Positions 50,680 to 61,522 are shown, counted from the first letter of the stretch. The stretch: 64,000 bases of DNA from Dehalococcoidia bacterium (GCA_965207225.1 CBDBLV010000005.1:1952001-2016000), one strand, 5' to 3'. Program-made: numbers and translations. The notes: generated from the sequence alone by a model not told the origin.

Positions 50680-50952
50680 ATGCACAAAGACTTGGTCTTC
50701 AAGGCGCTCGCGGACCCGACACGGAGGTTGATGCTGGACGAGCTCTCGGAGCGCAAGGAGCAGACGCTTTACGAGCTCACGGCGCGCCTGATCATGCGGC
50801 ATGAAGTCGCCATCTCCCGACAGGCCCTGGCCAAGCACATCGATCTCCTGGAACAGGCAGGGCTCGTAAGCTCGGAGAAGCGCGGCAAGTACCGGATGCT
50901 CGTCTTCAACGATGAGCCCCTGAGGGCTGTCATGGACCGATGGCTCAAGTGA
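50680..50952 (+). CDS. ArsR/SmtB family regulator
   Basis: VFKALADPTRR..L..L, SRQA..KH...LE.AGLV. Confidence 0.92.
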   Translation: MHKDLVFKALADPTRRLMLDELSERKEQTLYELTARLIMRHEVAISRQALAKHIDLLEQAGLVSSEKRGKYRMLVFNDEPLRAVMDRWLK

Positions 50953-50979
50953 CACTATGAAAAGAAGAGGAGGCCAGAT

Positions 50980-51363
50980 ATGCGCATTACACTGACGGGC
51001 GTCTTCGTAAGTGACCAGGACGAAGCTCTGAGGTTCTACACGGAGACCCTCGGCTTTGTGAAGAAGCATGACGTCCCTGTGGGGGAGTTCAAGTGGCTCA
51101 CCGTCGTCTCGCCCGATGACCTAGATGGGACCGAGCTTCTGCTCGAACCAAATGAAAACCCGGTAGCACAAGAATATCAGAAAGGGCTATTTGACCAAGG
51201 CATCCCAGCGGCGTCCTTTAGCGTTACGGACGTCCGCGCGGAGTATGAGAAACTGAAGTCGCTGGGCGTGGCTTTTACGATGGAGCCAACAGAATTGCCC
51301 AACGTCACCATTGCGGTCTTCGACGACACCTGCGGCAACCTGATCCAGATAATGCAGACGTAA
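50980..51363 (+). CDS. VOC/glyoxalase family protein
   Basis: V.DQ..AL.FYTE.LGF, WLTV, FDDTCGNLIQI. Confidence 0.92.
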   Translation: MRITLTGVFVSDQDEALRFYTETLGFVKKHDVPVGEFKWLTVVSPDDLDGTELLLEPNENPVAQEYQKGLFDQGIPAASFSVTDVRAEYEKLKSLGVAFTMEPTELPNVTIAVFDDTCGNLIQIMQT

Positions 51364-51400
51364 CTACGATCGACCAGAATACCCTGTTGGGACGCGGGTG

Positions 51401-51454
51401 CAGTCCAGCCTGTCCAGGCACTTGGTGGGCCTATTTTGACGGTAGACAGAACCG
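51401..51454 (-). other. att junction J4 (B-type tail arm | CC | target arm)
   Basis: Minus strand cggttctgtctaccgtcaaaataggc CC accaagtg...; shares TTGACGGTAGACAGAACCG with J1. Confidence 0.8.
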
Positions 51455-51483
51455 TCTTCGAATTGAGGCTGGGCAGTCTGTAA
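51427..51483 (+). other. Detached 3' tail of a B-type LSR (GPILTVDRTVFELRLGSL*)
   Basis: Same frame relative to the core as the B1 tail; homologous peptide with synonymous codon changes. Confidence 0.75.
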
Positions 51484-51597
51484 ACCCACCGAAACGATGT
51501 TGCGTGGTCTCTCTTGGGCTGCCTACCAGCGTTGCGCCTATCGTGGCTTCCAGCATATTCAATGGGGCGCACGCATTCACAATCCCAGCATTTTGCG

Positions 51598-52020
51598 TCA
51601 CTCGTGACTGCCTCTCAGCAGGGCGACGAATCCAGCCTGCTCAAAGTCTCGGTCGTAGGCGAGCGCCTCAGTCAGGTCACGTTCTTCCATTATGAGGAAG
51701 CTCGCGCAGTCCGTTAGGCTCCAGGTCTGATCCTGGCGTGCCTCGTATCGTCCCACCGCTGTCCAAAACTGGTCCTCAGTAAGCCAGACAACCTCAATGC
51801 TTGGTCTGCCACGAAGACTCTTCGCCCATTCAGTTGCACGCTGTCGCATGTACTCGCCACGGGTCGATGCGAAATTGAGTACCTCGACCACAACCATATG
51901 GGTCGTGACCAGTTGGTCCGCGATGGATTCTGAGCTCAAGTCGAGTGCGCGGGCGTGAAGGTCGTCTCGGTTGTCGAGTAGTGCGATCCAATATCCACTG
52001 TCAGCGAACACCACACGCAT
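51598..52020 (-). CDS. vapC: PIN-domain (VapC-like) toxin
   Basis: FADSGYWIAL...D..H, V..E, SLTDCASF..M, D.DF.QAGF. Confidence 0.92.
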   Translation of the reverse strand: MRVVFADSGYWIALLDNRDDLHARALDLSSESIADQLVTTHMVVVEVLNFASTRGEYMRQRATEWAKSLRGRPSIEVVWLTEDQFWTAVGRYEARQDQTWSLTDCASFLIMEERDLTEALAYDRDFEQAGFVALLRGSHE

Positions 52021-52304
52021 TACGGTTCCTTCTTCGGATGACCGTACATGTAGTGTTTGTAGTTGACAGAGCCATCGGTGGGTCGGTCTCGTCCGTCATC
52101 CGGGTACTTCTCAATGAGGTGCCTGGCCAACATTGACATGTCTCCGATAGCATTCGCGCCCTTCGCCGCGGCTTGAACGGGAATCTCCTCAATCACCAGG
52201 GCCACTTCCGCTCCCTCGGCAATGTCCAAGGGCTCCAGGGGCGTGAGAACGCCGTTGGAGTACTTGGCCTTCACGTTCGCAATCATGACGCTCCCCTCTG
52301 ACAT
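52020..52304 (-). CDS. AF2212/DUF104-like antitoxin
   Basis: A.Y.NGVL.PLEPL...EG.EV; C-terminal D.S.N..HY.YG. Confidence 0.85.
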   Translation of the reverse strand: MSEGSVMIANVKAKYSNGVLTPLEPLDIAEGAEVALVIEEIPVQAAAKGANAIGDMSMLARHLIEKYPDDGRDRPTDGSVNYKHYMYGHPKKEP

Positions 52305-52424
52305 GGCTACGGCCTTCGGGCAACTCTCAGCGTCCTATGTGTGCTCAAGACCGTTCTGCCCTCATCATACTCCTGATGGCTGCTGATCATCAATGGAAAC
52401 GCTGCCTTTTCTTGGTCGGCGCTA

Positions 52425-52454
52425 TTGACAACATCCGCTTCGGTGGTTTAAGGT
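52425..52454 (+). promoter_or_regulatory. Sigma70-like promoter upstream of adhesin operon
   Basis: TTGACA-N18-TAAGGT in an AT-rich segment. Confidence 0.45.
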
Positions 52455-52778
52455 AATAGGTGGATAGTAATGATACTATATCTCAATTATCAACGTAATG
52501 GTGGCCTTGCCCACTGTCCGTGTCGAGACCGTACCTCGTCAATTGGACGCATACGAAGCTCAATACCAATGATCCGAACGTACTCCACGGTTGGCGACGA
52601 CGGGAACAATGATACTAAGACTCAACACGATGGCGGAAACGATAGCTGACGATTGTGATATCAGTCGTCCCGCACGGAGCAAAACCAGTGTAGAAACACG
52701 CACCCGTCTTGGGCGCGAGGCAAAGAACAACGAACCAACTCGATCTAGATTTCGAAAGCAAGGAAGCTAGGAGAATCG

Positions 52779-54413
52779 ATGAACAGCTTTACCAACGCAT
52801 CAATGCCCCTGAAACTCTTCGGCGTCGTCTTGGCGCTGGCCCTAGTAGCGGTGGCCGCCCTGTTGGTCACCCCCACCTCGGCGCAAAGCCCGGACAACAC
52901 CTACGACGACCCGCAGCCTTGTGGGTTCGGCCAAGGCGCATCCACTGCATTCCAGGCCGAACCGCACGAGAAGACCACCGGCCACTACGCACTCTTTGAC
53001 GCCTACTGGGAGGATACGGGGCCGGATCAGGCGCAGACCCCAGGGCTGGACCCTGACCAAACCCCTGACAACACCGGCATCCTGCACACCAACGAGTGCC
53101 CGCCGCTGTTGACCACCGAAACGCAAGACCTCCAAACCGTAACCACCCTGACCGACTCCGGCGTCGACATCGACGAGCTCATAATCCACGTCGAGAACTC
53201 GCGTCAGGCGACTGTGGTGGAGGGCAATCCGGATGATTTCAGCACCCACCATTTGCGTTTGGACCAGTACCCAGGGGTTCGTGACCACGCCAATGTTGGT
53301 GAAAAGGTCTGGTGGCTGCGGCTGGACGACCCCGACCTCAGCGGGGACCAGAAATCCGACCTCACCCTCGGATTCTCGACGCACCGATTCGACAAGAAGT
53401 ACTGGACCAAGGTTAGCTACGAGTTCAGGCTCTTGCGCAACCCCGGCATTGCCCCGAGCGAGCATCCCCACCTCCTCGCCTACCGGGCGCGCCAGTCGGG
53501 TGTGCCCGGCGCGACCAAGGTCTGGGACAGCGCTGAGGCAGGCATCGCATCCATGGAGATGGCGCCCGGCGAACTCATCAATGACCTACAGTGGGTCTTC
53601 ACCAAGCCCGGGACCTACGAAATATCTGCTCAACCCGTGGGGTACGTGCGCAACAAAAACCCTCACGCTGAAGGCGATGAGGAGTACGACGCGAACTGGA
53701 AGGCGATCAGTGCAAACGTCACCGAGGCCGGCGAGGTGAAAAAGTACGTCATCCACGTGGGGCCTCTCGTCGAGGTGGAGCCGCCACTATTGGGCGTCAG
53801 CCGCAGCGTGCCGGAAAACTCCCCGGCCGGGACCAACGTCGGCGACCCGTTCCTGGTCTACTCGGAAGCGAGTGATCTGGGGTACAGCCTCTCCGGCGTC
53901 GGCCACGAAAACTTCGTAGCAACGGCCACGACCGACGCGGACCCCTACGGCGTCCAAATCAAGGTGGCCGAGGGGGCCAGCCTGGACTACGAGACCAAGG
54001 CCACCTATGACCTCACCTTGGGAGTGACAAACAAGATCGACCACGAGAGCAATCCCGACCCCACCGTAGACGACACCCTGGTGGTGCGGATCAGTTTGGA
54101 CGACGTCGCCCCCACCGTGAGCCTTGCAGTCGATAATGCCAGCCCGGCGGTGGGTGACACGGTGACCTTTAGGGCGGTGTTCCAACACTTCGAAGAAGTG
54201 GGAGAGTATCTGTATGATTTCGACAGTCTGTCGAATTCCGATACCCTCACTGGGCGGGTTACCACCAACAACGCCATTGTGTACACCACCACCCGAAATA
54301 GCGCCCTAACGGAAACTTTCACCTTCAGTGCCACTTACGACGTTGATGATGATGGCTCGAACCGACGTGTCATTCACGCCGAGAATGTCACCGTCACCTG
54401 GGGCAACCCGTAG
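52779..54413 (+). CDS. Secreted protein with cadherin-like domain
   Basis: Signal peptide; WVFTKPGTY motif; V.ENS..GT.VG...YSL...LDYE....Y.L cadherin pattern. Confidence 0.8.
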   Translation: MNSFTNASMPLKLFGVVLALALVAVAALLVTPTSAQSPDNTYDDPQPCGFGQGASTAFQAEPHEKTTGHYALFDAYWEDTGPDQAQTPGLDPDQTPDNTGILHTNECPPLLTTETQDLQTVTTLTDSGVDIDELIIHVENSRQATVVEGNPDDFSTHHLRLDQYPGVRDHANVGEKVWWLRLDDPDLSGDQKSDLTLGFSTHRFDKKYWTKVSYEFRLLRNPGIAPSEHPHLLAYRARQSGVPGATKVWDSAEAGIASMEMAPGELINDLQWVFTKPGTYEISAQPVGYVRNKNPHAEGDEEYDANWKAISANVTEAGEVKKYVIHVGPLVEVEPPLLGVSRSVPENSPAGTNVGDPFLVYSEASDLGYSLSGVGHENFVATATTDADPYGVQIKVAEGASLDYETKATYDLTLGVTNKIDHESNPDPTVDDTLVVRISLDDVAPTVSLAVDNASPAVGDTVTFRAVFQHFEEVGEYLYDFDSLSNSDTLTGRVTTNNAIVYTTTRNSALTETFTFSATYDVDDDGSNRRVIHAENVTVTWGNP

Positions 54414-54419
54414 TATCGG

Positions 54420-57400
54420 ATGGCGGTTGCTGTGGCCCTTAGGCTTGTAACGCTGTGCCTGTTTGCAGCGCTGGTCGCCATCGCGACCAGCGCTGCCGAG
54501 CCCGCTTTTGCTGCCCCCTCGCCCCCGGCGAGCAGCATCTCCCTGGACAGTCTGCCGAAGCCAAGAGGAACCTCAAATGCCTGGTGGGAGCTCTTCGTGC
54601 GCAACGATCCAGTCCCCGGTCACCCACCGGCGGCGGCTTATGATGTAGTCGTTCGCATTACCGCCACGGCCAATGGTCAGGAGTACAAGCAGCACACAAC
54701 TGTTAGCAACCCTTCATCCGGGTACATTGACCGGGACCGTGGAGTGTGGGTCATCCCCTTTATACCACCGGGGGGCAGCGCTGACGTGATCATTCAGCCC
54801 GCAGCATTCTTTCCTCGATTCAATCAGGATACACCAGTCCGCCTGCACGCTGAATTGGTTTCACATCGTTACCTCGCCAGCGAAGCAGGCAGCCAAGGGA
54901 GTATTGAAACCGAGGATTGGTACATTAGGGCTGCGAATGCTTATCTTTTTGCATGGCCAGGTGCAGAAGTAGGCGTAAGAGTTCGCAGCCTTAACAACAG
55001 GGTTCCAGCGTTAGGTACGCAGACCACGTTTGATGTTCGTGCGATTAATGTACCCTACAATGACCCAGACCCAAGAGTTCTAATAGTACCAAGCAAGCAG
55101 ATTGGCAAAGTATGGGATGTGAAGATCAAGATCGATCTTTCGCCGGGGTTGTCTTTAGCTCCCGGATGGACTGCGCCGACCGGCACATCCTTTGACGCCG
55201 AAAGCGGTATCTGGAATGTGGGGTTAATTAGTGGCGCAAATACCGGTACGACAATGTCTTTGCCGGTACTCCTCGCCGCGGATAACGTTCCCTTGGAGCA
55301 GCGGTGCCTGACGGCGACGGTGGTGAGCTCCACACCCGACTTCGAGCTGGACCCGGGGGTGCTGGTGAACGACTTCTCCACCGAGTGCCTGGGCGAAGAT
55401 CCGATATTGAACGAGGGCGATATTGCTGTTTTCAAGTACGTTTCCTGCGTTGGCCGCACATCTTACCCCTGCACCAGCGATGACACACTGGAATTGGTGG
55501 CAAAGCATGAAGCGGCATTCTGGCAGCCTGAAGATGTCATTGTCCAAGTCAGGGACGTCCAGGGAAGGGTTGAGGCGGGATGGAGCACCGGCAAGACGGC
55601 AAGGCACCTTGCTTCTGTTCCTTCGATCCCTGGTGTTGGTGTCATCTTCGAAGTCATTGATAGCGGGTACAACGCATACACTTTTGCAATTAGCGACGTG
55701 GTGCCAAAACAACGGCCCGGCAAATTTACAGTTGTGGCCGGCAACCAAGGAAACATTACCATCTTGGACGCCGACACAATGCTGTCCGCGGGACCGTACA
55801 ACCTTAATGAACCAATTCCCGCATTAGTAGTTTTCGGCACTTTGGGCACATATAAGGTAAAGATAACCGTTGGGGCTACCAAGTCGGGGACGGCGTACAC
55901 CGACAGCGGCGTCTACACCTTCCACGTGGGGCCGATAGCGGAGCTTGCGGTGCGGGACGGCGGTCGCAGCCCACTGGCGGCGCCGGACCAGCAAGCCTAC
56001 ACCATCCTCGCGGCCAACAACGGACCAGACGCGGCCTCGGCTGTGGTGGTAACCCTCACAGGCGTACCCCAGGGCGCGGAGGCCATCGTCAGTGGCAGCA
56101 CCAAGCGCGTGGACGACGAAGACGTCAGCGGCAGCGATGGAAGGTACGCGCAGGGCGACTGCGTAGACGGATTCTGCGAAGCCACCTGGACCATCGGAAA
56201 GATGTCCGTTTCCTCTGGCAGGACCTCCATCGGCAAGATGCCCTTCCCCACGCTGACCCTGATCGCCCCGGACGGCGCGTCCACGTCGGGCATTGAGGCC
56301 AGCATCGAAAGCACCGAGCCCTACTCGGTTACCATCGACGGCACGGTCCACTCCACCGCCTACTTCGACTACATCGATGAGAACAACAGCGCTCACATCG
56401 CTGCCCGGGCCGGAGCCGGCGGGCCAGTGCCGGGAACGCCACAGGACCTGCAAGCGCAGTTCTACACCGTTCCATTCACGACCGCCCTCGTGTGGTGGAC
56501 CGAGCTTGAGTCGGTGAACAGCTTCCCTGTGTCCCGCTACGAGGTGTTCACGGAGCGGCCGAATGGTGGAGCCTGCCAGGCGCCGAGTACGGACCAAGCG
56601 GGAGAGCGGCTCACGGGAACGACGTACGCGGACCGCCGTGCGAAGGAGGGCGAGCTCACGTGCTACTACGTGCGGGCAGTGAATACTCATAAAGTTCCCG
56701 GCTACTGGGCGGGGCCGGTGATGGCGACCGGCGACAGCCCGGACCAGCCGCGGCTGTCGGTGCAGGGAGGCGATCCAGTCGACGAGGGCGACGCCGCCCA
56801 ATTCACGGTCAGCGCCTCCCCGGCCCCCGCCGCCGGAGACAGTCTCACCTTTGGCTACACGGTGATCCAGCGTGGCGACTACGTAGCCGACAGAGAGTTG
56901 GGCCAGAAGCATGCAACCATAGGCAACAGCGGCCGCGCCACCATAACCGTCCTCACCGTGGGGAACGATACCGACGACGCCGACGGGGAGATATTCGTCA
57001 CCCTGAACAACGGCGAGGGCTACACGGCGTCTTCGGCCCGGTCGGCCAGCGTCGTGGTGAGGGACGACGACAATCCCGAGGTGTCCTTCGCCGACGACCC
57101 GGCCACGGCCACCGTGAGCGAGGGAGATGGCACTTACGACGTGGTGGTCAACCTGGTTCCGGCGCCCCATGCCGCCACCAGCATCAACTACCAGATCGGG
57201 GGCGTCGCCGAGGCCGGCGAGGATTTCATGATCGGCGGCCTGAGCAACGGCTTTGGGTCGGTCTGGGTCGGGCCCGGGCAAAGCAGCGTTCCCATCCGGG
57301 TGCGGCTGAGCGACGACGGCACGAGCGAGGATGATGAGTGGGTGGACATCTACCTGCGCGCGGGAGAGAACTACGACGTGGGAACTCCGTCCCGCTACAC

Positions 57401-59225
57401 GCTGACCATCACCGACAATGACGGCCCCGGGGCGCAGTTCGCCCGGGCCGATAGCGAGGTTGGCGAGTCCGACGGGAGCGTGGGCGTCACCGTCAACCTG
57501 GTCCCGGCGCCCACCGAGGACGTGACCATCAACTACACCGTTGGCGGCGGCACGGCTCAGAGCGGCGACTACAGCATCGAAGGCTTAACCGGCTCTTCCG
57601 GGTCGGTGACGGTCTCCGCCGGGATCACCAGCGTCGACATCCCTGTAACCATCAACAGCGACAACGACTCCGAGCGCGACGAGACGGTGGTGCTGACGCT
57701 GGGGAACGGCTCGGACTACACCGTCGGGACGACTCGGACGCACACGCTGACCATCCTGGACGACGACCGGACGCGGGCGGAGTTTGCCTCCGCTGAATCC
57801 ACCGTCGTCGAGGCGGACACCCCGCACCCCGTGCAGGTCAATCTCCGCCCCGCCGCGCCCGCGGGCGGCCTGACCCTGAGCTATGACGTGAGAAGCACGG
57901 CCACGCGCAACCGGGACTACCGCGTCCCCAACACGATGCGGGTTTCGGAAGGCGCTACCAGTGTTGACATTCTGGTGGAGATCATCCACAACGGCGAAAG
58001 CGAGCCGGACGAGACGGTGGAGCTGACGCTGCGGGTCGGCTCGGGAAACAACGTGGGCGAAGAAAGCGTGCATACGCTGACCATCACGGACAACAACCTG
58101 CCTATGGTCGCCTTTGAGACGGCGGAGGCCAGCGTGAGTGAGACGGGCCGCACGCACCGGGCGGTCATCACCCTGGACCCGGCGCCCCACGAGGATCTCA
58201 CCATCGGCTACACCGTTGGTGGCACGTCCACGGAGGGAGTGCACGGCCAGCACGGCCCAGGCGACGACTTCACCATCAGCAACTCCGGGACGGTCACGGT
58301 CCCGCGCGGGCGGAACCAGGTCTTCGTGCCGATAACCATCGTCAACGACTCAGACGCCGAGGGCGACGAGACTCTGACGCTGACGTTGACCGGCGGCGAC
58401 GGCTACGCCCTCGATACGTCGGCGAACATCTACAAGCTGACCATCCTGGACGACGACGCGCCGGAGGTATCGTTCACGGCGGCCTCGGGCGAGCCGGACG
58501 AGGGCGCCGGCACGCACGTGGTGCGGGTCAGGCTGGACGGGCAGACGGACAATCCGGTGACAGTGGGCGTCAGCGTCAGCTTCCCGCCCAATATCGGCTC
58601 TGACAACACCGATGATGACCACAGCGCCATTCCCGGCAGCGTTACGATTCCGGCGGGGACGCTTGAAACCGAGATTACGGTGACCATCACCGACGACAAC
58701 CTCAACGAGGCCGACGAGGTGGTCGTCCTGACTCTGGAGCCCGGCACGGGGTACTCCCTGTCGCAGGACAAGCCCACGGAGTACACGCTGACCATCGTGG
58801 ACAACGACGCGGACGAGAACACCCCGGTGGCCAGTCGCGACCATCCCCATGCCCACGGGCAGGGCTCGACACAATTTGAAGTCTACGAAGGCCATACGCG
58901 GATCCCGACGTGGTACGTGACCGGGAACTTCGCGGGGGATGTGATCTTCCAGTACGTCGGCGGAACGGCGACCCTGGACGAGGACTTCCGCTTGTTCCGC
59001 ATACAGGGTCAGATCGAGAAGGTGGGCGACACCTTCACGGTCCGGTCCCTTGAGTCCCCCCACGACTCCGACAGGGAAGCGGGCCTCCGTTGGGCCAGGT
59101 TCACGTTCGACCCGATACGAGACCAGGAGCGGGAAGGCGGCGAGACGGTTATCCTCCGGGTGTTGAACGGCCCAGGCTACACCGTCGAGGAGCCCACCGA
59201 GCTCACCATCACCATCATTGACTAG
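54420..59225 (+). CDS. Large surface protein: DUF11-like, FN3-like and about six Calx-beta repeats
   Basis: Signal peptide; NNGPDAA..V.V; YYVRAVN; repeated V.F...V.E...GTA....D...D...E.DE...L.L..G.GY...LTI.D.D. Confidence 0.85.
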   Translation: MAVAVALRLVTLCLFAALVAIATSAAEPAFAAPSPPASSISLDSLPKPRGTSNAWWELFVRNDPVPGHPPAAAYDVVVRITATANGQEYKQHTTVSNPSSGYIDRDRGVWVIPFIPPGGSADVIIQPAAFFPRFNQDTPVRLHAELVSHRYLASEAGSQGSIETEDWYIRAANAYLFAWPGAEVGVRVRSLNNRVPALGTQTTFDVRAINVPYNDPDPRVLIVPSKQIGKVWDVKIKIDLSPGLSLAPGWTAPTGTSFDAESGIWNVGLISGANTGTTMSLPVLLAADNVPLEQRCLTATVVSSTPDFELDPGVLVNDFSTECLGEDPILNEGDIAVFKYVSCVGRTSYPCTSDDTLELVAKHEAAFWQPEDVIVQVRDVQGRVEAGWSTGKTARHLASVPSIPGVGVIFEVIDSGYNAYTFAISDVVPKQRPGKFTVVAGNQGNITILDADTMLSAGPYNLNEPIPALVVFGTLGTYKVKITVGATKSGTAYTDSGVYTFHVGPIAELAVRDGGRSPLAAPDQQAYTILAANNGPDAASAVVVTLTGVPQGAEAIVSGSTKRVDDEDVSGSDGRYAQGDCVDGFCEATWTIGKMSVSSGRTSIGKMPFPTLTLIAPDGASTSGIEASIESTEPYSVTIDGTVHSTAYFDYIDENNSAHIAARAGAGGPVPGTPQDLQAQFYTVPFTTALVWWTELESVNSFPVSRYEVFTERPNGGACQAPSTDQAGERLTGTTYADRRAKEGELTCYYVRAVNTHKVPGYWAGPVMATGDSPDQPRLSVQGGDPVDEGDAAQFTVSASPAPAAGDSLTFGYTVIQRGDYVADRELGQKHATIGNSGRATITVLTVGNDTDDADGEIFVTLNNGEGYTASSARSASVVVRDDDNPEVSFADDPATATVSEGDGTYDVVVNLVPAPHAATSINYQIGGVAEAGEDFMIGGLSNGFGSVWVGPGQSSVPIRVRLSDDGTSEDDEWVDIYLRAGENYDVGTPSRYTLTITDNDGPGAQFARADSEVGESDGSVGVTVNLVPAPTEDVTINYTVGGGTAQSGDYSIEGLTGSSGSVTVSAGITSVDIPVTINSDNDSERDETVVLTLGNGSDYTVGTTRTHTLTILDDDRTRAEFASAESTVVEADTPHPVQVNLRPAAPAGGLTLSYDVRSTATRNRDYRVPNTMRVSEGATSVDILVEIIHNGESEPDETVELTLRVGSGNNVGEESVHTLTITDNNLPMVAFETAEASVSETGRTHRAVITLDPAPHEDLTIGYTVGGTSTEGVHGQHGPGDDFTISNSGTVTVPRGRNQVFVPITIVNDSDAEGDETLTLTLTGGDGYALDTSANIYKLTILDDDAPEVSFTAASGEPDEGAGTHVVRVRLDGQTDNPVTVGVSVSFPPNIGSDNTDDDHSAIPGSVTIPAGTLETEITVTITDDNLNEADEVVVLTLEPGTGYSLSQDKPTEYTLTIVDNDADENTPVASRDHPHAHGQGSTQFEVYEGHTRIPTWYVTGNFAGDVIFQYVGGTATLDEDFRLFRIQGQIEKVGDTFTVRSLESPHDSDREAGLRWARFTFDPIRDQEREGGETVILRVLNGPGYTVEEPTELTITIID

Positions 59226-59355
59226 AAGCAACCGGCCGGCGTCCCCACGGGGCCATGGGCTGAAGGCGGCAGTTCGGCTGCCGACCATTGGACGCCAACG
59301 CGCCGGTGCTGATGCGGACTTGGTGAAACGCAAAGAGAGCGGGATACATGCCGGT

Positions 59356-59394
59356 AGAGAGGGAGGCCATCCAATTCGGATAGCCTCCCTCTCT
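59356..59394. terminator. Hairpin between convergent genes (probable bidirectional terminator)
   Basis: AGAGAGGGAGGC...GCCTCCCTCTCT 12-bp stem plus inner ATCC/GGAT. Confidence 0.75.
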
Positions 59395-59399
59395 TGTAC

Positions 59400-60557
59400 C
59401 TAAGCGGTCGCCGCCCCCGGCCGCATCAACAGTGCGGAGTAGCCCGGCGCCACCACGTGATCCACGGACACCTTCCCTGCGCCGTCGTACCCAGCGCGGA
59501 AGGCGTACTCCACCTCGGCTCCCCAGGGCACGCGCCCGCCGACGCGCACCGCACCGCCCCTGGCCGTGCCGTCTCTACCGCGAGCGCCGTGCACCACCAT
59601 GCCGCTGCGCTCCCCCTTCTTCCAGCCCAGCACCTTCATGGCCACGGGCATCACCCGCTCTTCCCCCTGCCTCCGCTGGAACAGCGCTCCGTGCAGCTTC
59701 TTGAGTACCGTAGCCGACGGGTTGCGCTGGCCGTTCATGATCTGGGAGAGGTGGCCGGAGCTGATGCCCGCCCGGCGCGCCACCTCGTTCTGGCTGACGT
59801 CGAGCTCCTCCATCCGCTCCCAGATGAACTGCCGGTCTACGTCGGGGCACTGGGCGGACTCGACCTTCGCACGTCCCTCAAGCACGGCCTCGACCCTGGC
59901 CTGGAGCTTCACCCCCATGTTTCTGTGGCCGCGTGACACCTGCGACAAGTACCCGGCGGACACTCCCACCTTCTCGGCCAGCTCCCTCATGGTTAGTCCG
60001 AGGGCCCGGGCGGTCTCCCGGATGAAGCTGCTGGCCTCACTCTCGATCACGTCACCCTGGCGGTTGGCGCACTGTGCGGGGGCGACCCTGGCCGGAGCGT
60101 TCAGGACCGACTCGATGCTGGCCTGCACCTTGGGTCCCATGTTCCTGCGGCCACGGGCCACCTGCGTCAGGTAGCCGTAGCTCACCCCCGACCGGTCGGA
60201 CAGTTCCAGCATGGTGATTCCTATCTCGCGTGCGCGCTCCCGGATGAAGGTACTTTCTGCATCTACCTCGCGGGTCTGTCGGTAGACGATCCCCTGCCCA
60301 GGGACCTCTCCCAGCACGGCCATCGCCTTCTCCCGCAGGTTGGGGGTCCAGGGCTTCTTGCCTGTGCCGACCTGGGACAGGTGGCTTGCGCTGACGCCCA
60401 TCAGGGCCGCAAGCTCCTTCAAGGTGAGGCCGCGCTTGCGGGCCGCCGCCCTGAGCTCGCTCTCGGGCCTGCCCCTGCGCTCGGCGGGCGCCGCCGCATC
60501 CGTCGTGGTTGCCGTGTCCTTGGTCCGATTGGTCCTCGTCGTGGTTGCCGTCGTCAT
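59400..60557 (-). CDS. Protein with four tandem XRE-type HTH domains
   Basis: Four repeats of G.T..ELA...GVS..YLSQV..G.R; AAGGAG RBS. Confidence 0.88.
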   Translation of the reverse strand: MTTATTTRTNRTKDTATTTDAAAPAERRGRPESELRAAARKRGLTLKELAALMGVSASHLSQVGTGKKPWTPNLREKAMAVLGEVPGQGIVYRQTREVDAESTFIRERAREIGITMLELSDRSGVSYGYLTQVARGRRNMGPKVQASIESVLNAPARVAPAQCANRQGDVIESEASSFIRETARALGLTMRELAEKVGVSAGYLSQVSRGHRNMGVKLQARVEAVLEGRAKVESAQCPDVDRQFIWERMEELDVSQNEVARRAGISSGHLSQIMNGQRNPSATVLKKLHGALFQRRQGEERVMPVAMKVLGWKKGERSGMVVHGARGRDGTARGGAVRVGGRVPWGAEVEYAFRAGYDGAGKVSVDHVVAPGYSALLMRPGAATA

Positions 60558-61015
60558 GTCGCTTCTCCTTTCAATGAAGAAGCGGGACGGCCCACCACCC
60601 CCGTGGGGTGGAGACAGTCCCGCTCGAATTGGTTGTCCCGAATGGCCGGGACTGTCTCCGTGGGTGGATTGGTTGCTGTGGCTGATGGCCGGCTGCGGCG
60701 TCCTCCGTATCGCTGTACTGGGCAGGCTCTACGTGGGGAAGCCGTGTGCGGGCAATGTCAATGCCCGTCGTGAATTGGGCATAGTTCCTCCTGGGTGGGT
60801 TAGTGGATGGGTGGTGCGGGACTGGGTCCCGCAAGCAAGGGGCGGAGCGGTCAGGCTCCGGCGTGGCAAACGATGTGGAGAGTCGGAACGAGGGGAGCGC
60901 TAGCTAGCGGCGCACTCGGCCCAAGCAAGCAGGTGTAAGAAGGCAGCGCGTCCTCGCCCGGGTTGCAAGAACAACCGCGCCGCCGATGCGACCGAGGAGG
61001 GTGCGGAGAGCCGGG

Positions 61016-61522
61016 TCAAGGGCAAGCCTTCGCTAGAGCCTGCCTCGTACTCGATACGAGAGGCTGGAGGCCCCGGAGGCTGCGCTCCGAGACCAGCTTG
61101 CCGGGCCGCCAGCGCATCCCCAGGACCGCAGCCACCTCCAGCGTCCCGTCGCCGTGGGGAACCAGCGCTGAGGCTCTGCCTACGCCCTGGCTGTAGAGCA
61201 CCGCGCCCCGGCCGCTGAAGCGCCGCCTGACCATCTGCTTCCACTCGGAGAAGGCCCACCGAGCCTCCCTCGGCGTCGCCTGCGCCACGTTCGCACTGCC
61301 CAGCGCCGCCAGCGCCCCGTCCACGTCCCCCGCCTGCCTGAGCCGTCGGGCCTCGTGGATGGAGCGGGTTGCGCTCCGCTCAACCGGCTGAGTCTCCGTC
61401 TCCCCCGTGAATCCCATCGCCGCGAACACCCGGTCCACCAGCTCCTCCAGGCTGCGCCGGGGCCGCATCGTCTCTGTGGTCTCCATCGTCCGATTGCCTA
61501 TTGCTGCCGTTGCCGTCGTCAT
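61016..61522 (-). CDS. Hypothetical protein
   Basis: AGGAGGT RBS before MTTATAA; 168 aa. Confidence 0.65.
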   Translation of the reverse strand: MTTATAAIGNRTMETTETMRPRRSLEELVDRVFAAMGFTGETETQPVERSATRSIHEARRLRQAGDVDGALAALGSANVAQATPREARWAFSEWKQMVRRRFSGRGAVLYSQGVGRASALVPHGDGTLEVAAVLGMRWRPGKLVSERSLRGLQPLVSSTRQALAKACP

